NCBI RefSeq assembly: GCF_000737315.1
Contig: NZ_JMCB01000016.1
Location: forward strand, 10,052-74,051
From: Hyalangium minutum
GTDB lineage: Bacteria > Myxococcota > Myxococcia > Myxococcales > Myxococcaceae
Reading direction: 5' to 3'
DNA: 64,000 nt
In this document: one piece after another, positions 56,346 to 64,000 of the stretch
Layout of the letters: each line of letters opens with the position of its first letter
How positions within the stretch are numbered: position 1 is the stretch's first letter
The notes under the pieces: generated by a model
The model's database searches: none
What the model saw: the letters and a program-made list of their open reading frames with translations, nothing else
What the model was told of the DNA's origin: nothing
Made by a program: the position numbers and the translations under genes

Positions 56346-57227
56346 ATGATTGAGAACGCACAGCCTTCCATCCTTGCTGATCGCCCGCCGGTAGGCCGCA
56401 CACTCACGTTCTGCATCGCCCCCGAGAGCGACGTGCCCGGTGCGCTCCGCCGCCTCCGCGAGGGGCACTCGGTCGACTGTGGCGTCATCGGCATCGGCGA
56501 GCCGGTGGTGCTCGCGCTGAAGAAGACCCTCCTCGGGCTGCGCACCTTTCCGTCCATGTCCGGTCCGGCCTGCAGCGTCCCGTCCACCCAGGAGGCGCTC
56601 TGCTTCCTGCTGCGAGGGTCCGATCGCGGCACCGTGTTCGATCTCACCCAGCAGATCCGCGAGCTCCTGGGCGACGCGTTCCTGCTCGTCGACTCGAACG
56701 ACACGTTCATCTACCGCGAGGGCCGCGACCTGACGCGCTTCGAGGACGGGACCGAGAACCCTCAGGGCGAGCTCGCCGTGAAGGCCGCCCTGGTCTCCGA
56801 GGGCGAGCACCTGCGTGGCTCCAGCTTCCTCGTCGTGCAGCGGTGGGTGCATGACCTGATGCGCTTCCGCCGGTTCAGCGAGGAGCGCCGCGAGCTGTTG
56901 ATCGGCCGGCGCGCGGAGTCGAACGATGAAATTGAAGAGGCCCCCGAGTCCGCTCACGTGAAGCGGACCGCCCAGGAGAGCTTCGAGCCCCCCGCCTTCA
57001 TGGTGCGCCGCTCCATGCCGTGGGCCACCGCGACGCAAGAGGGGCTCGAGTTCATCGCCCAGGTCGAGTCGCTCGACCGCTTCGAGGTCATGATGCGCCG
57101 GATGGCGGGCCTCGAGGACGGAGTGGTTGACGGACTCTTCACGTTCTCGCGGCCCGTGACGGGGGGCTACTACTGGTGCCCCCCCGTCCAGAACGGCAAG
57201 CTCGATCTGGCCCGCCTCGGCCTCTGA
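56346..57227 (+). CDS. Dyp-type peroxidase
   Basis: FEDGTENP (GxxDG-like), VVQRWVHD, IGRR, SAHVKR, MVRRSMPW, DGLFTFSRP. Confidence 0.93.
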   Translation: MIENAQPSILADRPPVGRTLTFCIAPESDVPGALRRLREGHSVDCGVIGIGEPVVLALKKTLLGLRTFPSMSGPACSVPSTQEALCFLLRGSDRGTVFDLTQQIRELLGDAFLLVDSNDTFIYREGRDLTRFEDGTENPQGELAVKAALVSEGEHLRGSSFLVVQRWVHDLMRFRRFSEERRELLIGRRAESNDEIEEAPESAHVKRTAQESFEPPAFMVRRSMPWATATQEGLEFIAQVESLDRFEVMMRRMAGLEDGVVDGLFTFSRPVTGGYYWCPPVQNGKLDLARLGL

Positions 57228-57238
57228 GGGCGGAGCGG

Positions 57239-58039
57239 CTACCCGCCGCAGCCAATGGGCTGCGTGCCGATGATGAGATCGTCGTACCAGAGCTCCGCCT
57301 GCTCGCCGTGGTAGGTCTCGAAGCCGAACCACGCCTTGGCGTACTGCGGCGACCACTTGGACAGGCCGACGTTCCAGTTCGTCACGTGGAGGCCGGTCAT
57401 CTCCGTGCCGTCCAGCCACACGCGCAGCTCGTGCTGGGCCCCGTTGAAGAAGGTCTCCACGCAGTGCCATTCGTTGGGCTGGAGCTGGACGCCCTGAGAG
57501 GGCTGGCCCCACGGCCCAGAGAGCTGCTCGTATTCCTTGTCGGGGTGGATGAGGTTCGTCTCGAACACGTGCTGGTGGAAGCCTATGCGCACCATGCGCT
57601 GGTTGTCCGCCGAGCCCGCGCCGAAGTATGTGCTGTGGCCCTCTGCCATGGGCAGCTTCGCGCGCAGGAAGACGCGCGTGTAGAAGCTGTTGTTCTGAGG
57701 AGGGAAGGGCTGCGTGGTGGTGAAGAGCACGGAGCGGTAGCTCTCCGTCCCGGTGCCCACCACGTGCACGGACTTCGTGCCGGAGTGCGCCTGGCTGCTG
57801 TCGATGGAGATGCTGCCCAGCTGGTTGAAGACCTGCACCTGCCACGTCGCCGGGTCGGGTGCTCCGCCCACGGAGGCCTGCTCGAAGCCGTCACAGAGCA
57901 GCACCCCGTTGGCGCCACACTTGCTCTCGCCCGGCCCGGTGCCGGGCAGGTCCGTGTCGGGCTCGTCCGAGCCGCCGCACCCCAAGAGCACACTCAGCAC
58001 ACAGCCGCACCACCATCCGAGTCCACGTCGTCGATGCAC
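57239..58039 (-). CDS. Lipoprotein with a Cip1/polysaccharide-lyase-like beta-sandwich
   Basis: Lipobox LLG-C; LLCDGFEQ, IDSSQAHSG, FYTRVFL, WHCVE, LWYDDLIIG. GTG start is estimated. Confidence 0.7.
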   Translation of the reverse strand: MHRRRGLGWWCGCVLSVLLGCGGSDEPDTDLPGTGPGESKCGANGVLLCDGFEQASVGGAPDPATWQVQVFNQLGSISIDSSQAHSGTKSVHVVGTGTESYRSVLFTTTQPFPPQNNSFYTRVFLRAKLPMAEGHSTYFGAGSADNQRMVRIGFHQHVFETNLIHPDKEYEQLSGPWGQPSQGVQLQPNEWHCVETFFNGAQHELRVWLDGTEMTGLHVTNWNVGLSKWSPQYAKAWFGFETYHGEQAELWYDDLIIGTQPIGCGG

Positions 58040-58202
58040 GGTCCACCCCTCTCTCGAATCAGGGAGGCCCGAGCGTAGCGCCTCTGCTGGGGGGAGGGGT
58101 GTCACCTTCCTCGCAGCAGCGGTGACGAGCGGCCCGCGTCTCGCACGGGGTGTGCTAGACGCCGTACGGCAAAAGTGGGGAAGACCCCAGCCTGGGAGGG
58201 AC

Positions 58203-58484
58203 ATGATGAAGGGAAGGTTCTCGGCGGTGCTCCTGATGGCCTTCGGCCTGGTGGGCCTGAGCGGCTGCAAGAGCGAGTGCCGCGCCTACTGTGAGCGCTA
58301 CCAGCAGTGCGTGGAGGATGACATCAACGTGAGCACCTGCACGAACACCTGTCAGGACGCCTCGGACAGCAACCGCGACCATGAGGCGAAGGTCCGCGAG
58401 TGTGCGAACTGTGTGGGTTCACGTTCCTGCGCGGCCACGTTTGACGACTGCATCGACGACTGCTTCGGCGTCCAGGGGCCGTGA
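58203..58484 (+). CDS. Small Cys-rich lipoprotein
   Basis: Lipobox LSG-C followed by many Cys in CxxxC/CxxC spacing; ggagg RBS upstream. Confidence 0.75.
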   Translation: MMKGRFSAVLLMAFGLVGLSGCKSECRAYCERYQQCVEDDINVSTCTNTCQDASDSNRDHEAKVRECANCVGSRSCAATFDDCIDDCFGVQGP

Positions 58485-58529
58485 GCCCGGCAGGTCCTCC
58501 TCGCCGAGGACCTGCGCGGTGCCAGCGCC

Positions 58530-59036
58530 TCACAGGTTGTTCTGCATCCGCTGGCGCATGGCCTCGTGTCGGCGCTGGTGCTGCTCACGCTCCTGGGCGA
58601 TGAGCTCCTGGGCACGGGCCTTCTGGCTGTCGCTCAGGAGCTTCTCCGCCTCGGCATAGGCCGCCTCATCGTTCGCCCGGAGCTGGGTGAAGAGGGGCTC
58701 CACCTGCTGCCTGAGCGCGCGCATCTCCTCGGTGTCGGGCGGTGGCCCCTTCATCCGCTCCGCGTCACTGGGCGGCGGCCCCGGCGGACGCGGCGGGCGC
58801 AGGGCCTCCAGCTGCTCCTGAATCGGCGCGTTCTGCTGCTCCAGTGCCGCTTGTAGCGCCTCCACTTGAGCCACCTGCTCGGCCGTCAGCGCCAGCTCCT
58901 GCTGCTTCCAGAGGAGAAGATTCAGGGACGACGGGGGCCCGCGGGGGTGGCCACCCTCGTGCTTCGGGTAGCCCTGAGCACTGGCCAGCAGCGGGGCAAC
59001 CAGCATCACCACGAGTGACAGCTTCTTCAGAGACAT
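58530..59036 (-). CDS. Spy/CpxP-like periplasmic protein
   Basis: Signal peptide, LALTAEQ and LLSDSQ (LTxxQ-like) motifs, helical and charged. Confidence 0.75.
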   Translation of the reverse strand: MSLKKLSLVVMLVAPLLASAQGYPKHEGGHPRGPPSSLNLLLWKQQELALTAEQVAQVEALQAALEQQNAPIQEQLEALRPPRPPGPPPSDAERMKGPPPDTEEMRALRQQVEPLFTQLRANDEAAYAEAEKLLSDSQKARAQELIAQEREQHQRRHEAMRQRMQNNL

Positions 59037-59241
59037 GGATCTTCCTCCTGGGTTCGCGTCCCTGGGAATCCTGCTGGCCCGTCAGCGGCCTGGCAGGCGT
59101 CCCTGACGCCTTGGGATTCAATATGGCCGGAGGCCCATTTCCGCGGGTGACGCCCATATTTCTTTTTGTGTTAGGGCAGGGGCGCTCATGAGACGGCTCC
59201 TCAGGTGTGAACCATCGCAAGGGAGTGGTATCTAAAGCCGC

Positions 59242-59547
59242 ATGCCCAACAGTTTCTTCTTCGTTCGTCTCGTAACGCATCGTCCCAACTTCGCGACGAC
59301 CATGACCCCTGAAGAGCAAGCCACGATGGGTGCGCACATCGCGTTCCTCCAGACGCAGCTCGCCGCCGGCAAGCTGGTGGTGGCGGGACCGGTGATGGAT
59401 CCCGCGGGACCCTTCGGCATGGCGGTGTACGAGGCGGAGTCACTGGAGGAGGTTCAGCGCCTGCTCGAGCGCGATCCCGCGAAGGCGATCGGCCGGTTGG
59501 AGGTGATGCCCTATGCCGCTCCCCCCGTCGTGAGGCCTGCCCGCTGA
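59242..59547 (+). CDS. YciI-family protein
   Basis: HIAFL, VAGPVMD, GPFGMAV, LERDP. Confidence 0.85.
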   Translation: MPNSFFFVRLVTHRPNFATTMTPEEQATMGAHIAFLQTQLAAGKLVVAGPVMDPAGPFGMAVYEAESLEEVQRLLERDPAKAIGRLEVMPYAAPPVVRPAR

Positions 59548-59658
59548 GCGGTCAGGCGTAGCAGGGGCTCGGTGGCGGCTCCGCACGGATGCCAGATGGC
59601 GGGAGTGGATCCACCCTCTTGAAGCACGGGTTTATCGCCTTCGAGGGGAGGAGCGCGC

Positions 59659-60165
59659 ATGTTCGCAGCCGCACTGACCGAGCAACCTGGCATCCTGAAG
59701 TCCGCAGCCCTGGTACCGCCTCGGCTGTCCCTGGGCTCCACGATGATCTTCCACGGGTGGAGCAAGCTGAAGAAGGAGGGCATGGAGCAGACGGTGCCCT
59801 TCTTCGAGCAGATCGGATTCAAGCCCGGGAAGCCGTGGGTCCTGGCGCTGGCCATCACCGAGCTCGCCGCAGGCGTGAGCGCCATTCTGGGCGTGGCCAC
59901 GCGGCTCTCCGCGCTGGCGGTGCTCGGCACCCAGGCGGTGGCCATCCGCAAGGTGCACGCCTCGAAGGGATTCGACAACACGAAGGGCGGCTACGAGTTC
60001 AACCTGGCCCTCATGAGCGATGCACTGGCGTTGCTGCTGCGCGGGCCCGGCCGCTTCTCGGTGCACAGCCTGCTGGAGCGCGGGGTGAAGCGCCGCGAGC
60101 TGCGCCGCCTCAAGCTGCTGCGCCGCCAGCGCACCGGCTCGCGGCTGTTGGATCTGCTGGGCTGA
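59659..60165 (+). CDS. DoxX-family membrane protein
   Basis: PRLSLGSTMIFHG, TELAAG, KGGYEFNL, GPGRFSV. Confidence 0.9.
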   Translation: MFAAALTEQPGILKSAALVPPRLSLGSTMIFHGWSKLKKEGMEQTVPFFEQIGFKPGKPWVLALAITELAAGVSAILGVATRLSALAVLGTQAVAIRKVHASKGFDNTKGGYEFNLALMSDALALLLRGPGRFSVHSLLERGVKRRELRRLKLLRRQRTGSRLLDLLG

Positions 60166-60183
60166 CGGTGCACGGGCTGGGCG

Positions 60184-61095
60184 TCAGCTGCCCCAGACCT
60201 CGGTGAACAGCCGGGCGAAGTTGCCGCCGAGGACCTTCTCGATGCGCTTCTGCGACCAGCCTCGCCGCGACAGGTCCTGCGCCAGGGTCTCCATCCGGCG
60301 CGGGGCGTTGTACTCGGCGACGATGTTGAAGACGTCCGCCGCTTTGCCCGGGGCCGCGATGCCCTGGGCCTTCCGGTCCTCGTAGAACTGGCGCTGCCGC
60401 TCGCGGGCTTTGTCGTCCATGACCAGGGCCGAGAGCCCGCCGTCCGTGCCGATGCCCACGTTGTCCTCGCCGCACACCTTCACCGCGTGCTCCAGGTGGC
60501 GGATCACGTCCTCGGCGTGGGCCATGCCGCTCTCGCGCAGGAATGGCATGAAGTAGATGCCCACCACGCCACCTTTGTTGGCCAGGGCGCGCAGCTCCGA
60601 GTCGTAGACATTGCGCGGGTTGTCCACGAGGTCGCGGCAGCCAGTGTGAGTAATGGCTGGTGGGGCCTTGGCCTCCGCGATGGCGTCCGCGCGGGTCCGC
60701 TGGCCTCCGTGGCTGAGGTTGAGCAGCACCTTGTGCTTCTCGAGCTCAGCGATGACCTGGCGGCCGAAGTCGCTCAGCCCCGCGTTTGCGGGCTCGAGCG
60801 CACCGTCGCCGCACAGGTTGCGCTTGTTGTAGGTGAGCTGGATGACCCGCACACCCGCTCGCCGCAGCGTGAGCACCCGTGAGAGGTCTGTCTCCAGCGC
60901 GGTGGTGTCCTGCAGGTTGTAGATGATCCCCAGCCGCTTGCTTCGCTTGGCCACCCCCAGATCGCTCCCGCGCAGGATGGTCATGAGCAGGTCGGGGTTG
61001 TTGGCGATGATGCCACTGCAGAGCGCGAGGACTTCGAGCGCTTCGGTATAGCGACCCTGCCCGTTTCCCACCTCGGTTCCGACCAGTCGGAAGCG
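60184..61095 (-). pseudogene. 5'-truncated membrane dipeptidase (M19 family)
   Basis: IQLTYN, GLSDFG, NLSHG, THTGC, HPRN-like NPRN, VGIGTD, VLGGNF are present. The signal peptide and first metal-binding segment are missing, replaced by unrelated sequence beyond about 61095. Confidence 0.7.
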
Positions 61096-61225
61096 TCGTT
61101 TCACGGTACCCACCGGTTGGCAGCAGCCACGGGCCACCTCGCCTATCGCTGGCACCTGGAGGACCTGTCTGGGCAGGGCCCCCGGGTGGCCGGACAGCTT
61201 GTGCGGCACAGCGAACTGCTGGCTG

Positions 61226-61377
61226 GAGCGCAAGGGCCCCAAGGTGGACGCCGGGGACATCTCCTTCGAGGAGGTCTATCACCACGCCCCGAGGACACAG
61301 CCCTCGAGTCCCTGGAACTGCCCGCCGGTGTCACGCTGGAGCAGATGATGGAGCGGCTGGAGCGGCAACTCATCGAG
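61226..61377 (+). repeat. Degenerate copy of a sigma54-activator gene segment (direct repeat of 63259-63411)
   Basis: gagcgcaagggccccaaggtggac...ctcatcgag aligns with 63259-63411, with substitutions and a 1-bp deletion in a C run. Confidence 0.85.
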
Positions 61378-61493
61378 ATGAGCCCAGGGGAGGAGTGAAG
61401 CGGTCGCTGTCCCTTGGTTGACTCGGCTGCACGGCCTCCCTGTAATCTCGAGTGGGGCTCCTCGCGAGCAGAGCCCATTCCAGGAGGCGCTGG

Positions 61494-62615
61494 GTGCCAA
61501 GAGGGGCGGTTCTGCTGACATGCCTGTTGCTCGTGGGATGTAGCGGCGCCACTCGGAGCGTTCTGCCTGTCACTGGACAAGCAAGGTACTGCGTCTACAT
61601 CCCGAGCAGCGTCTTTGCGCAGGCTGAACAAGGTGGAGCAATTGCCGCCATTCCTGCGCCAGGGGCGGGTTCGCCGACAGCTCCACTCCCCCCTTCCCCA
61701 CCACCGCTGAGAGGGCTTCCTGGGGGAGGCGCAGGAGATGGGGTACCCCGCGGCATGCTCCGCCCGGTGCCGCAAGGCGCCACGGCCGCAGCAGGAGCAG
61801 GCACTGGCGCTGCGGCAGGAGAAGCCCTGGTCACGGGCGGCGCGGTGGTTGCGGCTGCGGGCAGTGTGCTGCTGCTTTGCTTCACCGTCAAAGCGGTTGT
61901 GGCCGGGGATCGGACCCCCATCGACATTGCGGACAGATTCTACGGCACACACTTCGGCGATGTTTCTGGATGGGTTCGAGGTCGCTATGCCCCAAAGGGC
62001 TCTGCGAATTCACGCACCCTCGAGATGGAAATCCTCATTCAACAGGCGCCTGATGGCACAGTGTCTATAGAGACAAGCGCGCCCACGCCCCAACCTGAGT
62101 CGGTGTCTTCTCCCCGTGCTCCGCCCAGCGAACGGCCAAATGCGGAATCCGCCAGAGAAAGCAAAAAGAAACGCGGCCGCCTCTATGCAACCTATAGAAA
62201 GCTCAATGAGGCAACCCACCTTTATTACTCTGGCCGGACCAGCATGGTCGTTGACCTCAGCCTGCCTCTCAGACTCCAGGCGCAGTTGGCAATCAAGCTC
62301 CGTGACATGAACCATCACATTGACGAGATTCAAGATCCGAGGGAGGTTTCATTCGATGACGCACAACTTGATGTGTTCGACGTTGGAGCCGCCATCGATT
62401 ACGATCAGAGGTATGATGACCCTGCGTATTGGCGGATCCGCGGAAGAGAGCAGCAACTGATAGACTTCAGTGGAGGCGCGCAATCCGATACTGGCAAGCC
62501 TTATCGAACCGAGAACATCGTGCGCGCAGTGTCAAAAGACAACCCTCGGGGTAGACGATTTCATGATGCTGCGGCAGCCCGTTGGGGCCAGATTCATCAG
62601 TACACAGGATATTAA
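61494..62615 (+). CDS. Lipoprotein polymorphic toxin (SitA-like) with a URI/GIY-YIG-like nuclease tip (Tox-URI2-like)
   Basis: aggagg RBS plus GTG; lipobox LVG-C; Pro/Gly/Ala linker; hydrophobic helix; C-terminal LYATYRK...YYSGRTS...NHH...RIRGREQQLID. Confidence 0.78.
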   Translation: MPRGAVLLTCLLLVGCSGATRSVLPVTGQARYCVYIPSSVFAQAEQGGAIAAIPAPGAGSPTAPLPPSPPPLRGLPGGGAGDGVPRGMLRPVPQGATAAAGAGTGAAAGEALVTGGAVVAAAGSVLLLCFTVKAVVAGDRTPIDIADRFYGTHFGDVSGWVRGRYAPKGSANSRTLEMEILIQQAPDGTVSIETSAPTPQPESVSSPRAPPSERPNAESARESKKKRGRLYATYRKLNEATHLYYSGRTSMVVDLSLPLRLQAQLAIKLRDMNHHIDEIQDPREVSFDDAQLDVFDVGAAIDYDQRYDDPAYWRIRGREQQLIDFSGGAQSDTGKPYRTENIVRAVSKDNPRGRRFHDAAAARWGQIHQYTGY

Positions 62616-62618
62616 GGC

Positions 62619-63077
62619 ATGCGGTCAACATACAAACCAGGTTCAATCTTGAGAATTCCCCTGGCAGACGGTTCCTTCGCCTATGGCAGGGTGCTTGAAC
62701 CGCCGTTTGATGCCTTCTACAACTACAGAACTACCAACCCGGATTCGGACTTGGAGAGGATCGCATCTAAGCCCATCCTTTTCAGAATTGTCGTCCACTC
62801 TCCATACCCGAAGTCATGGGAAGTCATGGGGTGGAGAGAGATCGAAGAACATCTGACTCAGCCTGTTGTTCAATTCAGCATGGAGGTGGGTCCGTTCCGC
62901 CGCTGTACGATCTTCGATAGTCTTGGCAATGAGAGGGAAGCGACCCCCAAAGAATGCATTGGGATTGAGCCAGCGACTGTTTGGGAACCGCACGGTGTCG
63001 AAAAACGTCTGCTTGATGCATTCATGGGACGTCCCAACGCAGTCCTAGAGCGCATCAAGAGGGAATTGGAGCAGTAA
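62619..63077 (+). CDS. Imm26-family immunity protein
   Basis: YKPGSILRIPLADGSFAYGRVL; directly follows the toxin. Confidence 0.85.
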   Translation: MRSTYKPGSILRIPLADGSFAYGRVLEPPFDAFYNYRTTNPDSDLERIASKPILFRIVVHSPYPKSWEVMGWREIEEHLTQPVVQFSMEVGPFRRCTIFDSLGNEREATPKECIGIEPATVWEPHGVEKRLLDAFMGRPNAVLERIKRELEQ

Positions 63078-63078
63078 A

Positions 63079-63504
63079 GCGCCGCCGCTGCGCAACCGGC
63101 GCGGAGACCGGCGGGGGCTGACCGAGCACTTCGTGCGGAAGCATGCGCCGTGGGGGCAGACGCCGAAGTTCACGCCGGCGGCGTGGGCGCGGCTTCAGCG
63201 ACACACCTGGCCGGGCAACGTCCGAGAACTGCGCAACGTGGTGCGCCGCGCCCTGTTCGAGCGCAAGGGCCCCAAGGTGGACACCGGGGACATCTCCTTC
63301 GAGGAGGCCTATCACCGCGCCCCCGAGGTCAGGAACCTCGAGTCCCTCGAGCTGCCCGCCGGTGTCACGCTGGAGCCGATGATGGCGCGGCTGGAGCGGC
63401 AGTTCATCGAGAGCGCGCTGCGCCGCTGCCAGTACCACAAGGAGCGCACCGCCAAGGAGCTGGGCCTGGCCCGCTCTTCGCTCTTCAAGCGGCTCAAGCA
63501 GTGA
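63079..63504 (+). pseudogene. C-terminal fragment of a sigma54-dependent activator (end of AAA+ domain plus Fis HTH)
   Basis: PPLRNRRGD...HTWPGNVRELRNVV...KERTAKELGLARSSLFKRLKQ; begins right after the Imm26 stop; no Walker A or GAFTGA. Confidence 0.85.
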
Positions 63505-63647
63505 GGCCTGAGCTCAGGCGAGGAGGGTTGACTGTCACCGCCCACTCGCTGAGGCGCGCCTCCGGGCGCACTCGCTAACGCTCTGCTCGGGGCGCACTGT
63601 GCGGGCGCGGGCGATGGTAGCGTGCCCATCCAGGAGGTTACGCACCA

Positions 63648-64000
63648 TTGCCCCAACCTGATAGATTGTTCCTCGCGCTGGCGTTTGTATGGGCCGCTGT
63701 CGCGCGGGGAGAAGCGGATCCGAGTCGAGCGAAGCGAGAACGAGCCGTCACAGTCGCCGGCACTTCCACCGAGCCGCTGCCCGAGATCCACATCGCGGCC
63801 GACGTGCCGACGCTGCTGTGGTTTCCCGCCGACATCCAGCGGAACACGCTCACGGTGGACGCGCCGCGCATCCGAGTGCTGGACACAGGCGCACGCTCGA
63901 TCGTAACCGTTCACCGGGAGGGACTTGGTTGGGGAGAGAGCAGCCGGAGTAGAACCCTATTGAGCAGGTAGGCCGTGCCGTGTTCTACCTGCTGAGTGAG
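63648..64000 (+). pseudogene. DUF2381-family gene, frameshifted or truncated
   Basis: aggagg RBS; LALAFVWAAVARGE...LPEIHIAADVPTLLWFPADIQRNTLTVD..RIRVLDTGARSI, then a stop at 63971; AVFYLL appears in another frame. Confidence 0.7.

Noticed and set aside
56346-57227. Dyp peroxidase as encapsulin cargo
   Set aside because: No C-terminal targeting-peptide extension and no encapsulin gene adjacent.
60184-61260. 358-aa ORF as an intact dipeptidase
   Set aside because: The first ~55 codons are unrelated sequence antisense to the sigma54 fragment region, and the N-terminal family motifs are missing.

Overview
High-GC window, most likely from a myxobacterium (inferred from SitA-type lipoprotein toxins, a DUF2381 remnant, a myxobacterial Ser/Thr kinase, and RCC1/metal-binding-repeat and CHAT proteins). 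Housekeeping and secreted-enzyme genes alternate with three conflict hotspots. (1) 12.9-23.4 kb: a 133-nt tRNA-like element with an alanine-identity end, a complete ISAs1-family IS with an 11-bp target duplication, an AT-richer Hachiman-like pair (divergent HamA-like protein plus Ski2-like helicase), a decayed toxin/Imm26 pair, and an intact SitA5-type toxin/immunity pair. (2) 47.4-50.6 kb: an McrBC-type restriction pair. (3) 60.2-64 kb: an intact URI-fold-like lipoprotein toxin/Imm26 pair set between duplicated fragments of a sigma54 activator gene, flanked by a truncated dipeptidase and a DUF2381 pseudogene. Also notable: an orphan HrpF/NolX-like protein, two tandem cell-wall hydrolases sharing a near-identical LGFP tail, and a LigC plus primase-polymerase pair without Ku. 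No rRNA, canonical tRNA, CRISPR array or intact integrase was seen. All family assignments come from motif recognition by eye, not from database searches.
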